Shown here in pieces: positions 35,492 through 45,510 of a stretch of 64,000 nucleotides of DNA. Source of the stretch: Vicinamibacteria bacterium (lineage in GTDB: Bacteria; Acidobacteriota; Vicinamibacteria; Marinacidobacterales; Marinacidobacteraceae). The notes beneath the pieces were generated by a model. That model saw nothing but the letters and a program-made list of their open reading frames with translations, was not told where the DNA came from and did not search any database. Location of the stretch: positions 800,001 through 864,000 of the forward strand of contig OY729431.1 of the NCBI GenBank assembly GCA_963422395.1, in the 5' to 3' direction. Within the stretch, counting starts at the first letter, position 1. Each line of letters opens with the position of its first letter. A program made the translations under genes and the position numbers.

Positions 35492-36805
35492 ATGCGAGCC
35501 ACTCGCCGCCGGATCGTTTTCGGCGGGGTATTCGTCCTGCTGGCCTTCGGGGTCGCTTTCGCGGCGTGGACGCTGGATCGGATGGCGCTGGCCTACACCA
35601 CCGGACTCCGGCGGACTCCGGACGGGCCGGGGTTTTTCGGAGCCACCGCCCCGCAGGGCGGACCGGTGCCGGGGGTGGCGTTCCTGGGGTGGTCCGAGCC
35701 GGCCGGAGAAGCGGCGGGTCCGGTGTCCGGGTTCGTGATGCGCCGGGTCTCCGCTCAGGGGCGGGAGGCCGGGCTCCGGCGGGGAGACCGAGTCGCCGCG
35801 GTGGACGGGGCCGCCTATCCCGATGCCCGCGCGGCGGCTGCCGGGCTCGTCGGAAGCCGGGGCGCCGGAGAGGTGGTGGATCTCACGGTCGTGCGCGGGG
35901 AGGAAGAATTCGCCCTGTCGCTGCGGCTCGGCCGCTACCTGCGGCATCCGGGGGATCTGGGGCTGCCGTTCGAGGAAGTGGAGTTCCCCTCGGAAAGCGG
36001 CCACACCCTGCGCGGCTGGTGGATTCCGCCGCCCGAAGACAGCGACGGGCGGGTGGTGGTCTGGGTGCACGGAGCCCATTCCTCGCGATTCCAGGCGCTC
36101 GACCACGGGGCCGAGTTCCTCCGGGACCGCGGCTACGGGATCCTGACCATGGATCTTTCCGGGCGCGGTTCGAGCGGCGGGAAATACATCACCTACACCC
36201 GGAACGAGCGCCACGATGTGCGGGCGGCGGTCGAGTTCGCCCGGTCGCGGCCGGTCGCGGCCGCTTCGCGGGTGGTGGTGTTCGGAACCTCGAACGGCGC
36301 GTCCTCGGCGATCTACGCGGCCGCCCGGCTCGGGGACCTCCCGGCCCTCGCGCTCGACGCCCCCTACTCCGATCTCTGGCGCGCTGCCGGCTCGATGCTC
36401 ACGGTGCGCGGGGGCTCCCCCAGCCTGCGGGCGCCGCTCTCCTTCTTCGTCTGGGTGCGCACCGGTCTTCGCATCCGAGAGGTTCGCCCCATCGAGGCGA
36501 TCACGGCGATCTCCGGGCCGGTGCTCTTCGTACACGGAGATCAGGACCGGCAGGTGCCGCCCGAGCACAGCCTCGAACTCCACGAGGCCCGGCTGGCGGC
36601 CGGGTTGCCCTCGCGGCGCTGGGTATTGCCCGGGGGGGAGCACGGCTTCGACGACTATCCGCCGCCCGGGATCTTCTGGAACCGGGTCGCCGATTTCTTC
36701 GACGCCGCGCTCGGCGGCCGTCCGGCGGGGCGGGAGCTCGGAGGCCCGACGCCGGATACCCTCGACGATCCGGTCTGGCCTGCGGGAGCCCCGGGAGGCC
36801 GTTGA
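35492..36805 (+). CDS. Membrane-anchored PDZ + alpha/beta hydrolase
   Basis: N-terminal TM; AGLRRGDRVAAVDG; VWVHG, nucleophile elbow GTSNG, HGDQDRQVP, GEHG. Confidence 0.85.
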   Translation: MRATRRRIVFGGVFVLLAFGVAFAAWTLDRMALAYTTGLRRTPDGPGFFGATAPQGGPVPGVAFLGWSEPAGEAAGPVSGFVMRRVSAQGREAGLRRGDRVAAVDGAAYPDARAAAAGLVGSRGAGEVVDLTVVRGEEEFALSLRLGRYLRHPGDLGLPFEEVEFPSESGHTLRGWWIPPPEDSDGRVVVWVHGAHSSRFQALDHGAEFLRDRGYGILTMDLSGRGSSGGKYITYTRNERHDVRAAVEFARSRPVAAASRVVVFGTSNGASSAIYAAARLGDLPALALDAPYSDLWRAAGSMLTVRGGSPSLRAPLSFFVWVRTGLRIREVRPIEAITAISGPVLFVHGDQDRQVPPEHSLELHEARLAAGLPSRRWVLPGGEHGFDDYPPPGIFWNRVADFFDAALGGRPAGRELGGPTPDTLDDPVWPAGAPGGR

Positions 36806-39216
36806 TGCGCCGACGAGTCCTCCGCGCGGCGCTGCGATGGTGCGCCGGGGTGGGGCTCTTCGCCGCGTGCGGGGCCGGGGCCCCTCCGGCTCCGGCAGGG
36901 ATCGGACCGGACCCGGACTACGCGGAGCTGACGGATCGGCTGTCGGAGATCGCGCGCGCCGCAAGGGAGCGCCACCGGATTCCCGGGCTCGCGCTCGCGC
37001 TGACCAGCGGCGACCGGATCGTCTGGGCGCAGGGGTTCGGTGAGGCGCGCCCGGGCGTTCCCGCGGATGCGGACACCCTCTTCCGGGTGGGCTCGGTCTC
37101 GAAACTCTTCACCGACATCGCGGTGCTGGCCCGCCGCCGAGCCGGCGAACTGGATATCGACGCCCCGGTTGCGGAAGTGCTCCCCGGATTCGCTCCGGCG
37201 GCGGGGCCGGCGGCAGCGATCAGCCTGCGGCAGCTGATGGCCCATCGCGCCGGGCTCGTCCGCGAACCCCCGGTGGGCCACTACTTCGACGATTCCGCTC
37301 CCACCCTCGAAGCGACGGTCTCCAGTTTGAGCCGGGCGCCGCTGGTCTTCCCGCCGGGAACCCGCGAGAAGTACTCGAACGCCGGGATCGCGGTGGTCGG
37401 TCGAGTGCTCGAGCGAATCTCCGGCAAGCCGTTCGCCGAGGCGGTGACCGAGTCCGTCCTCGATCCTCTCGGACTCGACTCCAGCTTCTTCTCGCTGGCT
37501 CGGGCGCCGGCGGACCGGCTCGCTCGCGGCTCGATGTGGAGCTACGACGGGCGAGAGTTCCCGGCGCCGACCTTCCCGCTCGGGATGGCGCCGGCCGGTT
37601 CCATGGTGTCTTCGGTCCGGGACCTCGGCCGCTTCCTGACCCTGCTCGCCGGAGGAGAGCTTCCGGGAGTGCTCGACGGGGAATCGCTCTCCGAGATGTG
37701 GAGGGTGCAGTTCCCCGAAAATCCCGACGATCCCGATCCCGCCGGTTTCGGTCTCGGGTTCCACCTCGGCGCGCTCGAAACCGGGGACGGCGGTTCCCTT
37801 CGTCTGGTCGGCCACGGCGGGGCGATCTACGGCTTTTCGACGGAACTCGCGTTCCTTCCCGAAGCGGGCTTCGGCGCGGTGGCGGTCAGCAATGTGGACT
37901 TCACGAACGGCGTCGTCCGGAGGATCGTCCGAAGCGCGCTCCGGGGATTGCTCGCTCGCGGCCGGGAGCTGCCGCGCTGGCGGCCGAGCGACCCGCTGCC
38001 GCCGGACCTCGGAGACCTGTTGCACGGCCTCTACGAGAACGAGGGCGGTTCCCGCGCTCGGGTGACGGCGCGGGGAGCGGGCGCCCAACTCGAGATCGGC
38101 AGCCGGACGGTCGCCCTGCGTGCCGCGAACGGGGCCGGCAGCGAAGGAAACTCGCTGGTCGGCGACTTTCGACTCCTCGGCCCCCGGCTTTCGGTCGTTT
38201 CCGGTCCTGCCGGAGGAGTCCACGCTCTCGAGATCGACTCCGAGGTCTTCCGCCGTATTTCCGATCCGCTCCCTCCCCCTCCTCCGCCGGAGTTCCTCCC
38301 TCTCCTCGGGGAGTACGGCTGGGACCACAACATCCTCTTCGTGTTCGAGCGCGACGGCGCTCTCACCGTCCTCATCGAGTGGCTCGAGCGCTACGCGATG
38401 ATCCAGGACGCCGCCGACCCCGACCGCTTCCACTTTCCGGACCACGGGCTCTATCCGGGCGAGTCGCTGCGTTTCCTCCGGGGGCCGAACGGCCGGGTCA
38501 CCGGCGCCGATCTCTCCGGGATCGTCTTCCCTCGCCGCCCGGACCCGGGGGAGGGAACCTTCCGGATCGAACCGCTCCTTCCGATCGGGGAGCTGCGTCG
38601 GCTCGCCGGCGAAGCCTCGCCCCCGGTCGAGGAGGGCGATTTCCTCGCGCCGGACCTCGTGCGGCTCACCGATCTCGACCCGTCGATCCGGCTGGATGTG
38701 CGCTACGCCTCGGAAGACAACTTCATGGGGACGGCGTTCTACGAAGTGGCCGACGCTTTCTTGCAACGCCCCGCCGCCGAGGCGCTCGTCCGGGCGAACG
38801 CCGCGCTCCGCGAGTACGGGTACGGCATCGTCGTCCACGACGGCTACCGCCCGTGGCGGGTCACCCGGATGTTCTTCGACGCCACCCCCGAACCCCAGCG
38901 GATCTTCGTGGCCGACCCGGCCTCGGGATCGCGCCACAACCGGGGAGCCGCGGTGGACATCGGCCTCTACGACCTGGAAACCGGCGGGGTGCTCCAGTTC
39001 GTATCCGGCTACGACGAGTTCTCGGAACGGGCTTTCCCCCGCTATGTCGGGGGGACTTCACCGCAGCGCTGGCTCCGGGAGCTGCTGCGGCGCGCGATGG
39101 AGCGCGAGGGCTTCGCCGGGTACGAGTACGAGTGGTGGCACTTCGACTTCGGCGGCTGGGAGCGTTACCGCATCCAGAACCTCCCGCTCCACCGGGTCGG
39201 CGGCGCCGGATCGTGA
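36805..39216 (+). CDS. Lipoprotein: beta-lactamase-like serine hydrolase fused to a VanX/DdpX (M15D) D-Ala-D-Ala dipeptidase
   Basis: Lipobox FAAC; GSVSK, YSN, GHGG; C-terminal DGYRPW, SRHNRGAAVD, EWWHFD. Confidence 0.9.
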   Translation: MRRRVLRAALRWCAGVGLFAACGAGAPPAPAGIGPDPDYAELTDRLSEIARAARERHRIPGLALALTSGDRIVWAQGFGEARPGVPADADTLFRVGSVSKLFTDIAVLARRRAGELDIDAPVAEVLPGFAPAAGPAAAISLRQLMAHRAGLVREPPVGHYFDDSAPTLEATVSSLSRAPLVFPPGTREKYSNAGIAVVGRVLERISGKPFAEAVTESVLDPLGLDSSFFSLARAPADRLARGSMWSYDGREFPAPTFPLGMAPAGSMVSSVRDLGRFLTLLAGGELPGVLDGESLSEMWRVQFPENPDDPDPAGFGLGFHLGALETGDGGSLRLVGHGGAIYGFSTELAFLPEAGFGAVAVSNVDFTNGVVRRIVRSALRGLLARGRELPRWRPSDPLPPDLGDLLHGLYENEGGSRARVTARGAGAQLEIGSRTVALRAANGAGSEGNSLVGDFRLLGPRLSVVSGPAGGVHALEIDSEVFRRISDPLPPPPPPEFLPLLGEYGWDHNILFVFERDGALTVLIEWLERYAMIQDAADPDRFHFPDHGLYPGESLRFLRGPNGRVTGADLSGIVFPRRPDPGEGTFRIEPLLPIGELRRLAGEASPPVEEGDFLAPDLVRLTDLDPSIRLDVRYASEDNFMGTAFYEVADAFLQRPAAEALVRANAALREYGYGIVVHDGYRPWRVTRMFFDATPEPQRIFVADPASGSRHNRGAAVDIGLYDLETGGVLQFVSGYDEFSERAFPRYVGGTSPQRWLRELLRRAMEREGFAGYEYEWWHFDFGGWERYRIQNLPLHRVGGAGS

Positions 39217-39944
39217 TCCTGGAGCGCTTCACCCGCGAAGGCCGCGAGGCGGCCCGCGTCCGGCGGGCGGCGAAAACGCTCACCGAGCGCTACGCCCAGC
39301 CCGAGGCGCGCCAGGACGCCGCCGAGCGCCTCCGCGACATCGGAACCCCGGAGGCGATCTACCAGCTCGCCCGGCGGTTCACGATGACCGCGGGGAACCT
39401 GGAGCAGGACGATCAGGAGAAGCGCTGGGTGCGCGAGCTGCTGGTCGAGCTGGGCGAGCGGGCGGCGCCGCCGCTCCGGCGCTACCTGTCGGCCCACGAC
39501 GAGATCACCTGGGCGATTTCCGCCCTCGGTGCGCTGCTCCCCGCCGAGGAGCTGGCGGAGTTCCTCTTCTCGGTGCTCGAAGGCGGCGACCCGGTGGCGA
39601 TCCGGGGTCCCAAGGCGGTGCAGATCCTCGAATTCCTGGCGAGCCTCGAAGCCGAGGGAGTACCGGCCGGAGTGGCGCGCTGCCTTTCGAGCAGCGACGA
39701 CACGGTGCGGATCGCCGCGGTGCAGGCGCTTCGGGCACGCCGCGATCCGGCGACCCGCGGGGCGCTTCTCGAAGCGCTCGTTTCCGCGGACGAGGATTCG
39801 GTGCGGGTGCGGATCGCCCTCGCCGGCCTCTTCGCCGACTTCGCCTGGGAAGTCCGCGGCCGCCGTCCGGCCGTCGAGCGCGTTCTTCCCGACGGCTTTC
39901 GCGTCACCTCCCGCGGCCGGATCGTGAGAGCCGCCGGTTCATGA
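39213..39944 (+). CDS. HEAT-repeat protein
   Basis: RQDAAERLRDIG, DDTVRIAAVQAL, DSVRVRIALA. GTGA overlap with the upstream gene. Confidence 0.7.
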   Translation: MILERFTREGREAARVRRAAKTLTERYAQPEARQDAAERLRDIGTPEAIYQLARRFTMTAGNLEQDDQEKRWVRELLVELGERAAPPLRRYLSAHDEITWAISALGALLPAEELAEFLFSVLEGGDPVAIRGPKAVQILEFLASLEAEGVPAGVARCLSSSDDTVRIAAVQALRARRDPATRGALLEALVSADEDSVRVRIALAGLFADFAWEVRGRRPAVERVLPDGFRVTSRGRIVRAAGS

Positions 39945-40014
39945 ACCGGCGGCGGGCGCCCTTCGGGTCCCGGCTCCCCCCTTCCTCTCATCGCGCACTC
40001 CCGCGGCGTCTTCC

Positions 40015-41105
40015 ATGAACGAGAGCTCGCCGGATCTGCCGGAGCGCCTGCCGGCACCGCTACCCGACGCCTCGAAAGCCTCGGGCTCCGGCGGCGGGAC
40101 CCCGCCGCTCTTCCGCGGGGACGCCCTCGATGCCTATCCGATCTGGCGCCCTCGACTATCGTCTCCGACGGCGCCTACGGCGTCGGCGGCTTTCCGGGCG
40201 ACCCGAGGACGACGGACGGACTCGAGGCCTGGTACGCGCCGCATGTGGCGGCGTGGGACCGGTACTCCTCTCCGGCGACGACGCTCTGGTTCTGGAACAC
40301 CGAGCTGGGATGGGCGCAGATACATCCCCTGCTCGCTCGGCACGGCTTCGAATATGTGCAGACCATCGTGTGGGACAAGGGTCTCGCCCACATCGCCGGA
40401 AATGTGAACGGCGACACGATCCGCAGGTTTCCGGTGGTGACCGAGGTCTGCGTCTTCTATCGGAGGCGGGCGGTGTTCCGCACGGCGAAGGGGCCGATGG
40501 CGGCTCGCGAGTGGCTTCGCTACGAATGGCGCCGGGCCGGGCTTCCGTTTCGTCTGGCGAATGAGGCGTGCGGGATCGAGAACGCGGCCACGCGGAAGTA
40601 CCTCGCCTCCGACTGGCTCTGGTATCGGCCTCCGCCGGAGATGATGGAGCGGCTTTCGCGCTATGCGAATCTGCACGGCGCGCCCGCCGGAGCGCCGTAC
40701 TTCTCGCTCGATGGGCAGGAGCCGGTCAGCGCCCGCGCGTGGGCGGCGCTCCGCGACCGTTGGCATCATGTTCATGGCGTCACGAATGTCTGGTCCGCGC
40801 CTCCGCTCTACGGAGGCGAACGATTCAAGGGCAACGGAATTCGGTCGGCGCCGCGCGTGCACCGTCCCGGCCGCCAGGCGGCGGTCCACCTGAACCAAAA
40901 ACCCCTGGAATTCATGAGACGCATCCTGACCGCCTCGACGAATCCGGGAGATGTGGTCTGGGAGCCGTTCGGCGGACTCTGCAGCGCCTCGGTCGCCGCC
41001 ATCGCGCTCGACAGGCGACCGTTCGCCGCTGAAGCCGTGGAGCGGTTCGATCTGGCCGCCGACCGGCTGATGGCTGCGGCTCCCGCCGGGGCTGCCCCCG
41101 GATGA
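40015..41105 (+). pseudogene. Amino (N4/N6) DNA methyltransferase, frameshifted near 40146
   Basis: First frame gives LFRGDALDAYPIW. A shifted frame continues PSTIVSDGAYG (motif IV variant) ... IVWDKG ... HLNQKPL ... VVWEPFGGLCS (motif I). Confidence 0.8.
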
Positions 41106-41561
41106 CTGCGGTTCCGCCACCACCCGCACTCGATCCCGGGGATTCCCGGCCGCGGCTCGCGAGGCGGGTCCGCGAGGCAGTGATGGCTCTACCGGCTTAT
41201 TTCGATTCCCGGACGAACATCGAGGGATTGGGAGCGACCGATCTCTTCTCGCTGAACGCCCTGCTCGCCTCCACGATCGAGGTGAAGGTCGTCGAGACTC
41301 TGAACCGGATGCGTTCCGTGTGGGATCCCGATGACGAATGGGCTCTTCACTCATTCGAGCGCCAGGCGCAGACCTTTCCCGATGTGCTGCTCCGTAAACG
41401 GCACAGTGACGGCATTCGGACGGTGGCTCTCGGGATCGAACCCCGAGCGGGTCTTCGAGCAGTTGCGCCGAGAAGTCGACTCCGAGGCCCTGGCGAAGGG
41501 CGAGTCAGTCGCTCTGGACGCCCTCCGCCGATTGATCCAGGCGCTCGGCGAGAACCCCTGA
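41102..41561 (+). pseudogene. Cognate type II restriction endonuclease-like gene, internally deleted or frameshifted
   Basis: ATGA overlap with the MTase. QTFPDVLL...ALGIE is a PD-(D/E)xK-like motif that breaks right after E at about 41440. A short helical tail (ERVFEQLRRE...LGENP*) follows in another frame. Confidence 0.55.
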
Positions 41562-41661
41562 GAGAAGGCGCGCCCTTGCCCATCGGGATCGCGATCGCCG
41601 CGCGAGGCCGTCGAAAGCGGCCGCCGCGCCATCGTCGGCGCCCCGCCGGAGCCGGACGGTC

Positions 41662-43086
41662 GTGACCGTTGCGCCGGTCACCGTCCTGGTGGTCCTCGGC
41701 TACCTCGCCGGGATCACCGCCTTCGGCATCTGGGTGGGTCGGCGCGACCGGAGCGTCAGCGGCTACTTCCTCGCCGGACGGTCGGCCCCCTTCTGGGCGG
41801 TCGCCGCCTGCATCGTCGCCACCGAGACCAGCGTCCTCACCTTCACCTCGGTCCCCGGCTTCGCCTACGAAGGGAACTTCGGCTTCCTGCAGCTCGCTTT
41901 CGGGTTCGTTCTGGGCCGGGTCGGGATCGCTCTGGTGCTGCTCCCCGCCTACTTCCGCGGCGAGGTGGTGACGACCTACGAACTCCTGCTGCAGCGCTTC
42001 GGGACCCGGGTGCGGAGTGCGGCGGCGGCGATCTTCCTCGTCTATCGGAACCTCGCCGACGGCGTCCGGCTCCATGCCGCGGCGCTCATGGTTTCCATCG
42101 TTGCCGGAGTGCCCGAATGGTGGTGCATCGTGGCCCTCGCCGCCGCGATGGTGGCGTTCTCCGAAGAGGGCGGGGTCAAGGCCACCATCTGGACCGATGT
42201 GCTCCAGCTCGGCGTGTATCTCGTCGGTGCGGGGGTGGTGGTCTGGGCGCTGTGGCAGGGGAGCGGCGCCGAACCGCTCGGCTGGGTCTCCGCCGCGCGC
42301 GAGGCCGGGAAGTTCGATGTCGTGCTTCCCGCGCTCGACTTCACCGTCCCCTACACGATCTGGGCGGGGGTCGTCGGCGGCTTCTTCCTCACCTTCGCCA
42401 CCCACGGAGCGGACCAGTACCTCGCCCAGCGCCTGCTTTCGGCGAAGTCGCTCCGCCACGCCCAGGCGGGTCTGATGCTCTCCGGGCTCGGCGCGCTCGT
42501 CCAGTTCGCGATCTTCCTCGGCATCGGGGCCTGGCTCTGGCATCACTACGGGGGTCGGGAGTTCGCCCGCCCCGACGAGGTGCTGCCCACTTTCGTCGCC
42601 GAAAACCTCTCCGGCGTCGCCGCCGGGGTGACGCTCGCGGCGGTGGTGGCGGCGGCGCTTTCCCCGTCGCTGGTGAGCCTCGCCTCGACCACGGTCCGGG
42701 ACTTCTGGCTCCCTTGGCGCCACCGGGTCCGCGCGGGGGCCGGGGACGCTCTCCAGGTTCGGGCCGGCCGCCGGTTCGTGGTGGTCTGGGGCATCGTGCA
42801 GACCGGAGTGGCGCTGGCCGCCCAGCGCGCGCCCTCGGCCCTCGAGGCTGGTCTCTCGGTGCTCTCCTACGCCTCCGGCCCGACGGTCGGGGCGTTTCTG
42901 CTGGCGGTGCTTTTCCGCCGGGCGGATCCGACCGCGGTGCTTCTCGGCATGGGGGGCGGATTCCTCGCTCCCGCGCTGATCCGGCTCGTCGGGTTCCCGC
43001 TCGCCTGGACCTGGGATGTGATGGTGGGTTCGATCGCTACCGCGGCCGTCGGCCTCGCCCTGAGCCGCTTCCGAGGCCGCAAGTGA
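41662..43086 (+). CDS. Sodium:solute symporter
   Basis: YFLAGRS, IVATETS, TYELL..RFG, GGVKATIWTDVLQ, HGADQYLAQRLL. Confidence 0.9.
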   Translation: MTVAPVTVLVVLGYLAGITAFGIWVGRRDRSVSGYFLAGRSAPFWAVAACIVATETSVLTFTSVPGFAYEGNFGFLQLAFGFVLGRVGIALVLLPAYFRGEVVTTYELLLQRFGTRVRSAAAAIFLVYRNLADGVRLHAAALMVSIVAGVPEWWCIVALAAAMVAFSEEGGVKATIWTDVLQLGVYLVGAGVVVWALWQGSGAEPLGWVSAAREAGKFDVVLPALDFTVPYTIWAGVVGGFFLTFATHGADQYLAQRLLSAKSLRHAQAGLMLSGLGALVQFAIFLGIGAWLWHHYGGREFARPDEVLPTFVAENLSGVAAGVTLAAVVAAALSPSLVSLASTTVRDFWLPWRHRVRAGAGDALQVRAGRRFVVVWGIVQTGVALAAQRAPSALEAGLSVLSYASGPTVGAFLLAVLFRRADPTAVLLGMGGGFLAPALIRLVGFPLAWTWDVMVGSIATAAVGLALSRFRGRK

Positions 43087-43163
43087 CCGATACGGCCGGT
43101 GGCGGCATCGGGCGGAATTCGGGGTGGTCGGGCCGGCGCTGCGGCACCGCCAGCCTCCCGTGC

Positions 43164-43634
43164 TCAACAGTTCTCCGCGTCGGACGAATCCAACCCGACG
43201 ACGCGAATCTCTTCGAACCGCTTGAAGTCGCGTGCGTTTCGGGTGATGACGGCTGCGATCCCATGCGCCATCATCGTGGCGATGATGTTCGCATCGTGGA
43301 TCAGTTTGCCCGAGAGGTCGTGGATCCGGGCAAGCCGGCGCAGTTGGCGCGCCGCTTCGGCGGTCTCGTCCACCAGGTGGAGGTGGCGCAGGAATTCGTT
43401 CGCATTCGCTACGGCGTCACGGGCCCCGAGCCCCAGCCCATTGCTCTCCGGGGGCCGTGTCGCCACCACCAGATACTCGCGGAGGATCTGGCCGCTCAGC
43501 ACCAGGGGCCGGCCCCGCGGGCCGGATCCGGCCAAAAACCGCGCTGCCTCATCGTGCAGCGGGCGGGATTCGTCGGTCGCCGTCAGCAGGATGTTCGTGT
43601 CCACGAACAGGGTTTCAGCGACCGCCGGCGCCAT
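43164..43634 (-). CDS. PIN-domain toxin (VapC/FitB-like)
   Basis: FVDTNILL, QILREY, IHDANIIAT, ITRNARDF. Confidence 0.9.
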   Translation of the reverse strand: MAPAVAETLFVDTNILLTATDESRPLHDEAARFLAGSGPRGRPLVLSGQILREYLVVATRPPESNGLGLGARDAVANANEFLRHLHLVDETAEAARQLRRLARIHDLSGKLIHDANIIATMMAHGIAAVITRNARDFKRFEEIRVVGLDSSDAENC

Positions 43635-43845
43635 AGATCTCTTCCCTCGTCCACGAGGTCTCCTGCCCGGTACGGACGGTCACCAGATCGAGTCTTCGAA
43701 CGCGGTCTTCCGGCGGCGCCATCGCCGCCGCCCGATCGAGGAGTGCCCGCAGTTCCCCCTGCAGCGACCGATGGTGGCTGCGCGCCAACCGCTTCAGCGC
43801 CTCGAGGGTGGGCTGTGGCACATCCCGAATGTGTATCGAACGCAT
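43615..43845 (-). CDS. FitA-like ribbon-helix-helix antitoxin
   Basis: MRSIHIRDVPQPTLEALKRLARSHHRSLQGELRALL; overlaps the PIN gene. Confidence 0.88.
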   Translation of the reverse strand: MRSIHIRDVPQPTLEALKRLARSHHRSLQGELRALLDRAAAMAPPEDRVRRLDLVTVRTGQETSWTREEIYGAGGR

Positions 43846-43848
43846 ATC

Positions 43849-43865
43849 GGTAGCATATCGCTACC
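43849..43865 (-). promoter_or_regulatory. Putative RHH operator of the TA pair
   Basis: Inverted repeat GGTAGC-ATATC-GCTACC directly upstream of the antitoxin ATG. Confidence 0.55.
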
Positions 43866-43934
43866 ATGCCGCCTCCGAGTCCGGACCGCTATGACAACGA
43901 GGTCGACGACAGAGTCGAAGTCGAAGCCAAACCG

Positions 43935-45500
43935 ATGACCGGTCTCGGGAGAGCGCTCGGCGGCTTCCGCTCCTGGCGGACGCTTTCGGTCACCCTGCTC
44001 TCCTTCTCGTCGGGGCTGCCGCTGGGCCTCGTCTGGTACGCGATCCCCGATTGGATGCGCGATGCGGGGGTGGACATCCGCATCGTCGGGCTCTTCAACC
44101 TGGCGCAGATCCCCTGGGCCTTCAAGGTCCTCTGGTCGCCGTTCATGGACCGTTATGTCCCCGGTTTCTGGGGCCGGCGGCGGGGCTGGATGGCAGTTGC
44201 GCAGGTGGCGCTGCTCGCTCTCGGTCTGCTGCTCGCCGGGGTCGGGGATCACCCGGACGCACTCTGGATGGTGGCGGCGCTGGCTCTCGCGGTGGCGATC
44301 GCCTCCGCTTCGCAGGACATCGCGGTGGACGCCTACGCGGTGGAGGTCCTGCGCCCCGAGGAGCACGGAGCGGCGGTGGGAGCCCGGACCGCGCTCTACC
44401 GGGCGGCGATGCTGGTCGCCGGAGGCGGGGCCATCAGCCTGGCGGCCTCGTGGGGCTGGGGCGCGGTGAACGCGCTGCTCGGCCTGATCTACCTGCCGCT
44501 GCTCGTCGTCACCTGGCGTGCCCCGGAGCCCGAAGACCGCCCCGCTCCGCCCCGGCGCCTCGCCGATGCGGTCTGGAAACCGTTTCTGGAAGCGCTCTCC
44601 CGGCCTCGCGCTCTCGAGATCCTCGCCTTCGTCTTCTTCTACAAGTTCGCCGACAACCTCGCCCAGGCGCTGACCCGGCCGTTCCTGATCGACATGGGGT
44701 ACGGCGCTGCGCACCGCGGGATCGCACTCGGTACCGTGGGCCTCTTCGCCACGGTCGCCGGAACCTTCGCCGGGGGTCTCTTCACCACCGCCTTCGGGCT
44801 CGGCCCTGCGCTGTGGCTCTTCGGCGGGCTCCAGATCTTCTCGAACCTCGGGTACTTCTTCGTCGCCGGGGCGGATGGCGGTCTTTCGTGGATGTACGGC
44901 GCCGCCGCTTTCGAGCTGCTGACCGGGGGGCTCGGCACCGGGGCCTTTTCGGTGCTGCTGCTGCGGATCACCGAGAAGCGCTTTTCCGCCACGCAGTACG
45001 CCCTCTTCTCCGGCCTCTTCGCGCTGCCGCGTCTGCTCGCCGGCCCGTTCAGCGGCTTCTGGGTGGACGCGCTGGGCTGGCGGACCTTCTTCCTCTCCAC
45101 GATGGCGATGGGAATCCCCGGTCTGGTCCTCCTGCACCGTTTCTCGCCGCTCGGAGTCCGCGATCCGAAGATCCTCCTCGGCGGCGGGGAGGAACCGGCG
45201 GCGCCTCCGGTCTCTTCGGGCCTCTTCTTGGGACGCCTTTCGTTCTCGGCGCTTTTCGGAGGCGGGGTGGTGTTCGCCTTCGCGGTGCTGCTCGGCGCCC
45301 TCAAGGCGCTGCGTCTCGATCCGGACTCCGGTTTCTCGCTCGCCGCCGGGCTCGAACCCATCCTGAACCCCGCTTCGTTCGAGGATTGGGTGCAAGTCGC
45401 CGGAATCCTGGTGCTCGCTCTCGTATCCGGCCTTTTCGGCGCCGCGTTCGGCGTCGCCCGGAGTCGGAGCGGACCGCCCGTATCTCCGCTCCCCGGCTAG
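43935..45500 (+). CDS. ampG: AmpG-family muropeptide MFS permease
   Basis: FSSGLPL, KVLWSPFMDR, GRRRGW, SASQDIAVDAYAVE, YKFADN, FSATQYAL. Confidence 0.88.
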   Translation: MTGLGRALGGFRSWRTLSVTLLSFSSGLPLGLVWYAIPDWMRDAGVDIRIVGLFNLAQIPWAFKVLWSPFMDRYVPGFWGRRRGWMAVAQVALLALGLLLAGVGDHPDALWMVAALALAVAIASASQDIAVDAYAVEVLRPEEHGAAVGARTALYRAAMLVAGGGAISLAASWGWGAVNALLGLIYLPLLVVTWRAPEPEDRPAPPRRLADAVWKPFLEALSRPRALEILAFVFFYKFADNLAQALTRPFLIDMGYGAAHRGIALGTVGLFATVAGTFAGGLFTTAFGLGPALWLFGGLQIFSNLGYFFVAGADGGLSWMYGAAAFELLTGGLGTGAFSVLLLRITEKRFSATQYALFSGLFALPRLLAGPFSGFWVDALGWRTFFLSTMAMGIPGLVLLHRFSPLGVRDPKILLGGGEEPAAPPVSSGLFLGRLSFSALFGGGVVFAFAVLLGALKALRLDPDSGFSLAAGLEPILNPASFEDWVQVAGILVLALVSGLFGAAFGVARSRSGPPVSPLPG

Positions 45501-45510
45501 ATTCCCGGCC

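Noticed and set aside
36805-39216. Vancomycin or beta-lactam resistance cluster
   Set aside because: No vanA/vanH/vanRS genes, and the serine hydrolase is of the broad AmpC-like peptidase type; resistance cannot be inferred.
40130-40160. Programmed frameshift or phase variation in the methyltransferase
   Set aside because: No homopolymer, short tandem repeat or slippery heptamer at the shift. Simple mutation or assembly error is more likely.
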